In this document: piece after piece, positions 40,283-48,595 of the stretch
How positions within the stretch are numbered: position 1 is the stretch's first letter
Layout: each line of letters starts with the position of its first letter
NCBI GenBank assembly: GCA_902554795.1
Contig: CACDQB010000001.1
Span: 9,819 to 73,818, forward strand
Reading direction: 5' to 3'
Source of the DNA: an uncultured Pelagibacteraceae bacterium
Lineage (GTDB): Bacteria > Pseudomonadota > Alphaproteobacteria > Pelagibacterales > Pelagibacteraceae
DNA: 64,000 bases
Position numbers and translations under genes: made by a program
Notes under the pieces: model-generated
What the model saw: the letters and a program-made list of their open reading frames with translations, nothing else
What the model was told of the DNA's origin: nothing
Database searches by the model: none

Positions 40283-41209
40283 ATGTTCACAATTTTTTTA
40301 GGACTAACTCCATTTATATTTATTACCTTTTTAGGATTTGTATTTGGTAAGTTAAAAGTCTTAGACCTTAGTCATGCTAAAATTTTAAATCTTTTCTTGT
40401 TCTATATCGCAGTCCCAGCATTGATAATTAAGCTAATAGCACAAAATGAAATTGGACAAGTAGATTTTAAACAAATTTTCTCTTATTTAATTATGCAATC
40501 GATATGTGGAATTATCGCTTACTTAATTACCTCGAAATATTTTAAAAGATCAATCCCAGAGTCAATCATTTGGGCTTTAACTGTTGCTTTATCAAACCAT
40601 GTGACTTTGCTTTTGCCAATAACAGAAATTTATTTTCAACAAAATGTGATTACACAAGTTGCAAGTATCATATTAATGGATGGGATAATTTTATTATCTG
40701 TAATTGCTTTTTTTCTCGAATTATCTACAAAAAAAAATGTAAATTTATTTAATTTTATTAAAAATTTATTTTTAAACCCATTCATTCTTTCAATAATTAT
40801 AGGTTTGTTATTTTTATTATTAAATTTAAATATTGATCAAACACCGATTGAATACACTTTGTCTAAACTTGCAGCATGTGTTTCTCCAGTTGGATTGTTT
40901 GCAATTGGCATAACTCTTTCATTTTATACTAAAAATGTAATTAACAAGTTATCCGTTTCTATTTCAGTTTTAAAATTAGTCATTTCTCCGATAATTTTAT
41001 TGTTAATTGGATTATTGTTTTTTAATGCAGGATTACCAGCTGAAATACCAGGTGCTTTTTTTGTGAGTGTTGCACCTTGCGGAGTTACTTCTATAGTTTT
41101 ATGTTCCGCTTATAATGTAAGTCCTGAAAATATAATTAAAGCAATTTTTGTCTCTACTATTGCTTCTATAGGGACTATATTTTTTGCAATTAAGTATTTA
41201 ACTCTATAA
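40283..41209 (+). CDS. AEC (auxin efflux carrier/malonate permease-like) transporter
   Basis: About 10 TM segments; YIAVPALI, NPFILS, PVGLFAIG, KLVISP, AP, IFVST. Confidence 0.85.
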   Translation: MFTIFLGLTPFIFITFLGFVFGKLKVLDLSHAKILNLFLFYIAVPALIIKLIAQNEIGQVDFKQIFSYLIMQSICGIIAYLITSKYFKRSIPESIIWALTVALSNHVTLLLPITEIYFQQNVITQVASIILMDGIILLSVIAFFLELSTKKNVNLFNFIKNLFLNPFILSIIIGLLFLLLNLNIDQTPIEYTLSKLAACVSPVGLFAIGITLSFYTKNVINKLSVSISVLKLVISPIILLLIGLLFFNAGLPAEIPGAFFVSVAPCGVTSIVLCSAYNVSPENIIKAIFVSTIASIGTIFFAIKYLTL

Positions 41210-42187
41210 CAATTTATCTAGAGGACTAACTTCTCCAATTTTAAAAATAATTGCATCTTCTTTATTAAAACCATATTTTTCAGCACTATCTTTAAATCTA
41301 ATTGGGGGTTCCATAATTGGCTCCAATGACAAAACAAATGTTCCCCAATGCATTCCTAATACTTTTTTACTTTTTAGGTCTTGTGCAACATTCAAGGCTT
41401 CTTCTGGTGTAGTATGATAAATAGTTTTATCAAACATTGGTTTGAAATTATAAGCCCCAATATTTATCATTGTCAGATCTATAGGACCATATTTTTCACC
41501 TAGTTCTTTGTAGACTTCCCCATATCCAGTGTCACATGCGAATAAAATTTTTTTATTTTTATATTCTATAAGAAAATTACCCCACAAAGTTTTATTAGTG
41601 TCTGTTAAACTTCTCTTTGACCAATGAACTGCAGGAAGTAAAGAAATTTTCAAATCTTCATTTATAATTTTTTTATCATACCAATCCATTTCGTTTACAT
41701 CTTTATATCCTTTAAAATATTTACCGAGGTTTAGTGGTGTTAATACTTTTGCACTCTTAAAAGGAAAATTTCTAATTGTTGACATGTCCTGATGATCGTA
41801 ATGATTATGAGTGAGTAAAAATATATCCGTTTTAGGTATCTCATTTAATTTTATTGCAGGATTAGTAAATCTTTTTGGACCAAAGATTAGTGGTCCAGCG
41901 TTCTTTGAAAATACAGGATCTGTTATAATTGTAGTTCCACCTAATTTTATAAGATATGTCGCGTGACCTATCCAAGCAATATAATCATTATCTTTATATT
42001 TTTCTAAATCAGCTAATACTTTTTGTTTTTCAATAACATGTTCTTTTGGATAAGATAAATCAACTTTCTTTCTCAATTTACTAAATGTTCTATAAGAAAA
42101 TTTTCCTGACCTGGATATTATTACCGGAGATCCTTTTGGATTCCTGAAAGTACCATCGGGTAAATGATGATAAGGTCTTTCTTTCAT
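41204..42187 (-). CDS. Metallo-beta-lactamase-fold hydrolase (NAPE-PLD/RomA-like)
   Basis: FRNP, WIGHAT, TDPVFS, THNHYDH, PAVHWSKR, IGAY, MHWGTF. Confidence 0.88.
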   Translation of the reverse strand: MKERPYHHLPDGTFRNPKGSPVIISRSGKFSYRTFSKLRKKVDLSYPKEHVIEKQKVLADLEKYKDNDYIAWIGHATYLIKLGGTTIITDPVFSKNAGPLIFGPKRFTNPAIKLNEIPKTDIFLLTHNHYDHQDMSTIRNFPFKSAKVLTPLNLGKYFKGYKDVNEMDWYDKKIINEDLKISLLPAVHWSKRSLTDTNKTLWGNFLIEYKNKKILFACDTGYGEVYKELGEKYGPIDLTMINIGAYNFKPMFDKTIYHTTPEEALNVAQDLKSKKVLGMHWGTFVLSLEPIMEPPIRFKDSAEKYGFNKEDAIIFKIGEVSPLDKLL

Positions 42188-42188
42188 A

Positions 42189-43256
42189 TTATTTTTTTTT
42201 CTCCATTAACCACAAGCTATTTCCTGCGAGAAAATATATTTTTCCATTAACAGGGTGAACTTGTATATCTCTTATTCTCCCAATTTTATCTTGGAAAATA
42301 ATTGTTTCTTCAATCTTAGATGAATTTTGAAAGTTTAATTTTCTCATTGATTTATCTTTTAAAGAAGTAATTAGCGCCTCGCCGTTCCACTCTTTAAATT
42401 CATTTCCCTTATAAATAGTTATGGCACTTGCTGCTATTGAAGGCACCCAGTATTGGATTGCCTTTGTAAAACCTGGTTTCCATTTAGGTCCGATCTTTGA
42501 GCCTGAATAATTTGTTCCACCCCAACCTAAAATTTTCCAACCATAATTTTCTCCCTTTTTTACCTCACCAAACCAATCACCACCTTTTGCACCGTGGTTG
42601 CTTGCATAAATTTTTCCATCAAAAGAGGAATAGGTTAGACCTTGAGGATTGCGAACACCAATTTGATAAATCTCTGGTAACCAATTTGATTTTCCTTCAA
42701 ACTTAGGGTTATCTTTTGGAATACTACCATCTAAATGAATTCTGATAATACTTCCAGGATGGTTTGTTGGATCTTGAGCGATCATGCCTCCACCTCTTTC
42801 CCCAGCAGATGCAAAAAGATAATTATCTTTTATAGCTAATCTTGAACCAAAATGATAACCAGATTCTATTGGTGGTTCAGCTTGAAATATATTTTTAAAA
42901 TCTAAATTTTTTTTATTTAATTCAGCTTTTGCAATCGAGGTGCTTGTTTTCCAATCTCCTCGATTTTCTGAATAAGAAATCCATAAGAAATTATTTTGAT
43001 AAATAATATCTAATAATCCTCCTTGTCCGTGTACAAAATAATTTAAGTTATGTTCAACTTCATTAACTTCTTCAGTAATAATATTTACTATTTTTATTTT
43101 TCCAGTTTTTTCAGTGATAATAAGCTCTTCATCACTTATAAAACTCGATCCCCATGGATCATTTAAATCTGCTAATTTTTTAAAAGTAAAATTTTCAGAA
43201 AAACTTTTGGATGAAAATAAAAAAAGGAAAAATATAGAAAAAAAAAATTTGATCAC
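42189..43256 (-). CDS. PQQ-dependent sugar dehydrogenase (YliI/Asd-like); likely GTG start at 43256 (ORF track extends to 43292)
   Basis: Signal peptide, PWG, GQGGLLD, HFGSR, GSIIR...DNP, GVRNPQG, NYGW, RIRD. Confidence 0.85.
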   Translation of the reverse strand: MIKFFFSIFFLFLFSSKSFSENFTFKKLADLNDPWGSSFISDEELIITEKTGKIKIVNIITEEVNEVEHNLNYFVHGQGGLLDIIYQNNFLWISYSENRGDWKTSTSIAKAELNKKNLDFKNIFQAEPPIESGYHFGSRLAIKDNYLFASAGERGGGMIAQDPTNHPGSIIRIHLDGSIPKDNPKFEGKSNWLPEIYQIGVRNPQGLTYSSFDGKIYASNHGAKGGDWFGEVKKGENYGWKILGWGGTNYSGSKIGPKWKPGFTKAIQYWVPSIAASAITIYKGNEFKEWNGEALITSLKDKSMRKLNFQNSSKIEETIIFQDKIGRIRDIQVHPVNGKIYFLAGNSLWLMEKKK

Positions 43257-43257
43257 T

Positions 43258-43968
43258 TTAAGAAAGTTTAGACCTACCACCATCAACTGCAATTATTTGG
43301 CCTGTAACCCAAGAACTATCTTCTGTAAGTAAGAATTTAGCAAGAGCAGCAGAGTCTTTACCTTCACCCAATCTTTTAAGGGGATGTGCTTTTGCAATGC
43401 CTTCAGCTATAGCAGTGTTTTTTAACATTGGTTCTGCTATTTTAGATTTTGTTAAACTTGGTGCCACACAATTTACTCTTATGTTAGGAGCAAATTCAGC
43501 CGCAAGAGAAACCGTCAAACCTTCAATAGCTGCTTTTGCTGATGCTATTATTGCATGATTGGTAAAACCTCTTTGAGCAGCAACAGTTGAAAATAACACT
43601 ATTGAACCTTTATTTTTTTTTAAACTTTCCTGATATCCTTTAATAGCCTCAACAGCAGAATAAAGATTAAGTTTCATGCATTTCTGAAAGTCTTGTTCAT
43701 TTACCATTCTTAATGGTTTCAAATCAATTGAACCTACACAATACGCTAGACCTTTAATTTCGGAAATATCTGATTTAACTTTTTCTATAAACCCATCCTC
43801 TAAAACATCTGCAACGGTATGTGAGCATCCAAGTTTTTCAGAGATAGAACTAAGTTCACTTTCATTTCTTCCAACTAAATGAATATCGTTTCCAGAGTTT
43901 TTTAATTGTTCCGCTAAACTTGATCCAATAGAACCTGTCGCACCAAAAATTACATATTTTTCTGACAT
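43258..43968 (-). CDS. Short-chain dehydrogenase/reductase with an atypical active site
   Basis: GATGSIG, FSTVA, HAIIASAK, IRVNCVAP, HPLKRLG, VTGQIIAVDGG. Confidence 0.9.
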   Translation of the reverse strand: MSEKYVIFGATGSIGSSLAEQLKNSGNDIHLVGRNESELSSISEKLGCSHTVADVLEDGFIEKVKSDISEIKGLAYCVGSIDLKPLRMVNEQDFQKCMKLNLYSAVEAIKGYQESLKKNKGSIVLFSTVAAQRGFTNHAIIASAKAAIEGLTVSLAAEFAPNIRVNCVAPSLTKSKIAEPMLKNTAIAEGIAKAHPLKRLGEGKDSAALAKFLLTEDSSWVTGQIIAVDGGRSKLS

Positions 43969-43990
43969 AAAAAATTTTATTAGTTATATT
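43962..43990 (+). promoter_or_regulatory. Putative sigma-70 promoter of the photolyase operon (leaderless)
   Basis: CTGACA-N17-TATATT, ending 5 nt before the ATG at 43996. Confidence 0.5.
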
Positions 43991-43995
43991 TAACT

Positions 43996-45486
43996 ATGAA
44001 GTTATTTTTTATACTCGGTAATCAATTATTTCCAACAAAATACCTAGACCGCTTCAAAAAAGACCACCTATTTTTTATGGCTGAAGATAAGGGTTTATGC
44101 ACTTATGAAAAGCATCACAAACAAAAAATTTTATTATTTTTATCTTCTATGCGTTCTTATGCAGATGGATTAAGAAAAAATAAATTTAAATTAGATTATT
44201 ATAAAATTGAAGATAAAGAATTTAATGAAGATTATTTAAAAAAATTAAAAAAAATAATTACACAAAAAAAAGTAAAAGAAATTTCAAGTTTTGAAGTGGA
44301 GGATAAATTTTTTGAAAAAAAAATTTCACAATTTTTAAAAAAAGAAAAAATACATTGGAATGTTGTTCAAACTCCTATGTTTCTAAATTCAAGAGCTGAA
44401 TTTAAAAATTATTTATCAAAATCAAAAAAACCTTTTATGGCAACTTTTTACAAGGATGTTAGAAAAAAATCTGGAATATTGATGGGTTCAGATGGCAATC
44501 CTGTTGGAGGTAAATGGAGTTTTGATGAAGATAACAGAAATAAATTACCTAAAAATATTTCAATTCCTAAATTTCCAAAAATCAATGAAACCAGCCATAC
44601 AAAAAAATTAAAGCCTATTATTGAAAAGGAATTTAAAAATCACCCAGGTAGTACAAATAATTTTTGGTTTGCAACAGAATATGAAGACGTAGTTAAACTT
44701 TTAAATTTTTTTATAAAAGAAAAATCAAACTTATTTGGTGATTATGAGGATGCAGTTGATCAAAAAGATAATATTCTGTTTCATAGTGCATTAAGTCCCT
44801 ATATAAACTTAGGTTTAATTACTCCTGAATTTGTTATCCAAAAAATTTTAGATTTTCATAAAAAAAATAAAATTAGAATGAATTCTTTAGAGGGCTACAT
44901 TCGCCAGGTGATTGGTTGGCGAGAATTTATGCGTGGAATTTATCAGTCCTATTCACAAGAAATGGAAACTGGAAATTTTTTTAAACAAAATAGAAAAATG
45001 AAAAGTTCTTGGTATGATGGGACCACTGGTCTTCCACCTTTAGATTATGCAATTAAAAATGCTGTTAATCATGGTTGGTCACATCACATTGAAAGGTTAA
45101 TGATCTTATCCAACATAATGAACCTTTGTGAAATTAAGCCAACAATTGTTTACAAATGGTTCATGGAAATGTTTGTAGACTCTTCAGATTGGGTGATGGT
45201 TCCTAATGTTTATGGAATGGGATTATTTAGTGATGGAGGAATTTTTGCGACCAAACCTTATATCTGTGGATCTGCATATTTTATGAAAATGATGGATTTT
45301 AAAAAAGGTGAATGGTGTAACACTATGGATGGTCTTTATTGGAGATTTATTGACAGAAATAGAAAATTTTTTTTAAAAAATCCTCGTCTTTCGATGATGG
45401 TAAGAATATTTGATAAAATGAAATCTGATAGAAAAAAATTAATTTTATCTGAAGCTGATAAATTTATTAAACTAAATACAATTTGA
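43996..45486 (+). CDS. Bacterial (6-4) photolyase / FeS-BCP (PhrB/CryB-like) family protein, Fe-S-cluster-less type
   Basis: [88 protein letters not shown]. Confidence 0.9.
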   Translation: MKLFFILGNQLFPTKYLDRFKKDHLFFMAEDKGLCTYEKHHKQKILLFLSSMRSYADGLRKNKFKLDYYKIEDKEFNEDYLKKLKKIITQKKVKEISSFEVEDKFFEKKISQFLKKEKIHWNVVQTPMFLNSRAEFKNYLSKSKKPFMATFYKDVRKKSGILMGSDGNPVGGKWSFDEDNRNKLPKNISIPKFPKINETSHTKKLKPIIEKEFKNHPGSTNNFWFATEYEDVVKLLNFFIKEKSNLFGDYEDAVDQKDNILFHSALSPYINLGLITPEFVIQKILDFHKKNKIRMNSLEGYIRQVIGWREFMRGIYQSYSQEMETGNFFKQNRKMKSSWYDGTTGLPPLDYAIKNAVNHGWSHHIERLMILSNIMNLCEIKPTIVYKWFMEMFVDSSDWVMVPNVYGMGLFSDGGIFATKPYICGSAYFMKMMDFKKGEWCNTMDGLYWRFIDRNRKFFLKNPRLSMMVRIFDKMKSDRKKLILSEADKFIKLNTI

Positions 45487-45614
45487 TGAAAAAAGAAAAT
45501 TTACCAACAAAAATTTGTCCAGTTTGTAAAAGACCATTTACTTGGCGAAAAAAATGGAAGTTAAATTGGGATAGAGTAAAATATTGTTCCAAGAAGTGTT
45601 CTAAGCTAAGCTAA
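45486..45614 (+). CDS. DUF2256-family small four-Cys protein (missed by the ORF track)
   Basis: Manual translation [42 protein letters not shown]; ATG overlaps the photolyase stop (TGATG). Confidence 0.88.
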   Translation: MKKENLPTKICPVCKRPFTWRKKWKLNWDRVKYCSKKCSKLS

Positions 45615-45619
45615 GCTTA

Positions 45620-46339
45620 GTGAACATAATAGTATTACAACATATCAAAATAGAAGATCCAGGTTACATTAAAGATTTAATGTTAGCTGATGGATTTAAC
45701 TTAACTACCATTGAGTTAGATGAAGGTGAAAAAATACCAGACGATTTAAGTAAATTTGATGGAATGTTCTGTATGGGGGGTCCAATGGATACCTATATGG
45801 AACAAGAATATCCTTGGTTATTAGATGAAAAGAAAAGAATTAAAGAATTTGTTGTGAATTTAAAAAAACCTTATTTAGGTTTTTGTTTAGGTTGTCAGCT
45901 TTTAGGAGAAGTAGTTGGTGGAAAAGTGGTTAAATCTAAACCAGCAGAAATAGGAATTATGGATATTAATTTCTCTAATGAAAAAGACGAAGATAAATTA
46001 TTTTCAAAATTTCCTAATACGATTAAAAGTTTACAATGGCATTCTTATGAGGTTCAAGGTATTGAAAATAATAAAGATATAACTTTATTAGCCTCTTCCC
46101 CAATCACTAAATATCAAATTTTTAAATATCAAAACCATGCTTATGGTATTCAATTTCATATAGAAATTAAAGATACCACGGTCAATGAGTGGGGCTGTGT
46201 TCCGGAATATAAAAAGGCTTTAGAGGATCAGCTTGGTAATGGTGCGTTAGAAAAGTTTGATCAATCTGCAAAAGACAACATGAAAGATATGAATAACTAT
46301 TCTACAATCCTTTATAATAATTTTAAAAAACTTTTATGA
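45620..46339 (+). CDS. Class I glutamine amidotransferase-like protein
   Basis: VLQH...EDPG, MGGPM, GFCLGCQ (nucleophile Cys), QWH, QFHIE (His-x-Glu); GTG start. Confidence 0.9.
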   Translation: MNIIVLQHIKIEDPGYIKDLMLADGFNLTTIELDEGEKIPDDLSKFDGMFCMGGPMDTYMEQEYPWLLDEKKRIKEFVVNLKKPYLGFCLGCQLLGEVVGGKVVKSKPAEIGIMDINFSNEKDEDKLFSKFPNTIKSLQWHSYEVQGIENNKDITLLASSPITKYQIFKYQNHAYGIQFHIEIKDTTVNEWGCVPEYKKALEDQLGNGALEKFDQSAKDNMKDMNNYSTILYNNFKKLL

Positions 46340-46557
46340 ATAATAAAATTTTTGAATGGACAGGGGTTATAACTGCAATATTATATTCTTTGTTTGTTGC
46401 TTTAAATATAGGCATAGAATTTTTTGGGTTTTGTCTACTGTTATTGTCAGCCATTTTAATTGGAATTTGGGCTTATAGAGGTGGTCATAAAGGAATTTTA
46501 TTTTTGCAATTTTTTTACGCAACTGCTGGAATCATTGGGATGGTTCGTTGGTTTTAA
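46336..46557 (+). CDS. Hypothetical three-TM small membrane protein
   Basis: 73 aa, three hydrophobic segments, ATGA overlap with the upstream gene. Confidence 0.7.
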   Translation: MNNKIFEWTGVITAILYSLFVALNIGIEFFGFCLLLLSAILIGIWAYRGGHKGILFLQFFYATAGIIGMVRWF

Positions 46558-47693
46558 TTAAAGCCTGAAACTATTTTAGGAATATAATTTTTAAAATTAA
46601 AAAAACCTTTATTACAGTATTGCCAAGCTAATTGATCAAGATTTCTATATAAAAAATCTATCTTTAAATTATTAGAATTTAAAAAATCTAAATTTTCACC
46701 TACTGTTGGATATAAACCATAACAATTTTCAATTTTTGTTAATTCACTTATGTCTACAACCTGGCAATCAATAGATTGATCTTTTAATCTTTGTACTTGG
46801 TCTTCAATTAACTGAGATTTAAATTTCACTAATTTTTCACTGAGTTTTATGGATCTATTTGCATTGTTGTTAGAAACTAAGTAAATTTTTTCAAAGTTCT
46901 TTTCCTGAAAGTCAGTGATTTCAAATGAGAGATTATTTTCAAAAATTAAAAGGTTTTTTTCTTCAATATTTTTTGGGTTATCGAAATCTTTTTTAATTAT
47001 TTGGTAAAATTTTTCAGATATTTTGGGAGGAGCATTTTCATTTAATTTTATATTTTGAAATCTATTGTTGGTAAATTTTTTGATATTCCATTCGCTTGCA
47101 AGATAGTGTTTGCCTTGAGTTTGAACTCCAGCAACCCATCGCCATCCAAGGGTATTTGATGCAGCATCTCCATCATAAAGATGTTGCATGAAAAATTCTG
47201 CTCCTAACTGCCAAGGTAATTCTAGAGTAAAAATCCAAATACTAGCAAACCACATTCTTGTGTGATTATGCAAATAATTGTTATCTTTAAGTTCATTAAC
47301 CCAAGCATTAAAGCACTCAATGTCTGTTTTCCCATCAATTGCAGAAAGATAATTTTGATTATTTTGAAATTCATTTTTCATTTGATTTAATTCAGCAAGA
47401 TAATCTGTCCAAACATTTGGTCTTAGTTCCAACCAGCCTTTCCAATAAGTTCGCCATAGAACTTCTTGAATAAACTTTTCATTTTTTGAAAAAGAAAATT
47501 TACTCAGTGCTTTCTGAATGACTTCTTTTTCATTAATTATTCCATGAGTTATGTATGGCGATAAGCAAGATATATTAGATCTTTTTTCAGGCCCAAAATC
47601 AAAATTTCTTAATTTTGAATACTCTGAAAGATTATTATCAACAAAATTATTTAACTGATTTAAGGCCTTAGCCCTTGAAGCTTCAAATATCAT
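46554..47693 (-). CDS. Short photolyase with N-terminal FAD/catalytic domain (domain-inverted, NewPHL-like)
   Basis: Starts directly with the FAD domain: SCLSPYI, KFIQEVLWR, YLHNHTRMWFASIW, DGDAASNTLGWRWVAG; 379 aa; ends KGFFNFK. Confidence 0.85.
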   Translation of the reverse strand: MIFEASRAKALNQLNNFVDNNLSEYSKLRNFDFGPEKRSNISCLSPYITHGIINEKEVIQKALSKFSFSKNEKFIQEVLWRTYWKGWLELRPNVWTDYLAELNQMKNEFQNNQNYLSAIDGKTDIECFNAWVNELKDNNYLHNHTRMWFASIWIFTLELPWQLGAEFFMQHLYDGDAASNTLGWRWVAGVQTQGKHYLASEWNIKKFTNNRFQNIKLNENAPPKISEKFYQIIKKDFDNPKNIEEKNLLIFENNLSFEITDFQEKNFEKIYLVSNNNANRSIKLSEKLVKFKSQLIEDQVQRLKDQSIDCQVVDISELTKIENCYGLYPTVGENLDFLNSNNLKIDFLYRNLDQLAWQYCNKGFFNFKNYIPKIVSGFN

Positions 47694-47699
47694 TTAAAA

Positions 47700-48080
47700 T
47701 TATTTTGATTTTTTTTTCTTTAGACCCAATTTGTCACTATGTCTTAATCTTAAAACAACAATTGCTCCAGCGATTAATAAAATTGCAACTGCTTCATAAA
47801 CAAGTGCAGTAGGGTCCATTTCTTTACCTTGCAAAATAATAAATCGCGCTAGTGCGGTAATTGCAATAAGAAGTGGAAGGGTAATACTTATAGATTGTTG
47901 GCTCCAAAAAACTCTTACCATTGCTAAAACTTCTAAATATAGAAACATTAAAAGCAAATCTGCTAGCGTAACTGATTGGTTAGTGAACATGTTTTTAATT
48001 TCAATCCCAACAGCAATAACCGTACTGATTAAGATAATAACCATTAAAGCTAATTGTAAGTTTTTCGCTATCTTGTCCAT
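47700..48080 (-). CDS. psiE: Phosphate-starvation-inducible PsiE-family membrane protein
   Basis: LADLLLMFLYLE, PLLIAITALARFIIL. Confidence 0.85.
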   Translation of the reverse strand: MDKIAKNLQLALMVIILISTVIAVGIEIKNMFTNQSVTLADLLLMFLYLEVLAMVRVFWSQQSISITLPLLIAITALARFIILQGKEMDPTALVYEAVAILLIAGAIVVLRLRHSDKLGLKKKKSK

Positions 48081-48538
48081 TATTTATCTTTACTAAATGG
48101 TAGCCATTTTTCAATTGCAGATTTTAAGGGACCATCATAAGGAATTGAATAAGAGTTTGGATTTGGACTAGTTAAAACTTCAATTCCTTTTGAAAATACA
48201 AATATAAATACTATTACAAACACGATGACCATGATTTTAAAAGGATCAAAATTTTTTGTTTGAAAAACACTAGCTGATTTTGCTTCTGCTTTATGAAATT
48301 GTTTAAACGTCATGTAGACAGCAAATATTAAACCAACATGAGCTAAAAAAAGTCCAGCCCATCCAAATGCAAAAGTTGTGTATGAAAATATATATAAACT
48401 AAAAACTGTGGTCCAAATAAAACTTAAAACTAATAAAATTTGTAGTCTAACTGTTTTTGGAAGTGCACGCAGATCATTTTTACTATCGTCAAATAAAATA
48501 TTTGCAGCATCTTTCATCCAGTTCTTTATTGATTCCAT
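48080..48538 (-). CDS. Hypothetical membrane protein
   Basis: 152 aa, three hydrophobic segments; stop/start overlap with psiE. Confidence 0.7.
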   Translation of the reverse strand: MESIKNWMKDAANILFDDSKNDLRALPKTVRLQILLVLSFIWTTVFSLYIFSYTTFAFGWAGLFLAHVGLIFAVYMTFKQFHKAEAKSASVFQTKNFDPFKIMVIVFVIVFIFVFSKGIEVLTSPNPNSYSIPYDGPLKSAIEKWLPFSKDK

Positions 48539-48595
48539 ATAATTAGGATATAATTTTTAGTGATTTAAACAAATGTCAATTTGTCCTAAACCTAC

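Noticed and set aside
45601-45620. CTAAG x3 + CTTAG micro-repeat/palindrome at the end of DUF2256
   Set aside because: Only 20 bp, seen once, with no spacers; not a CRISPR or REP element and most likely a local slippage duplication.
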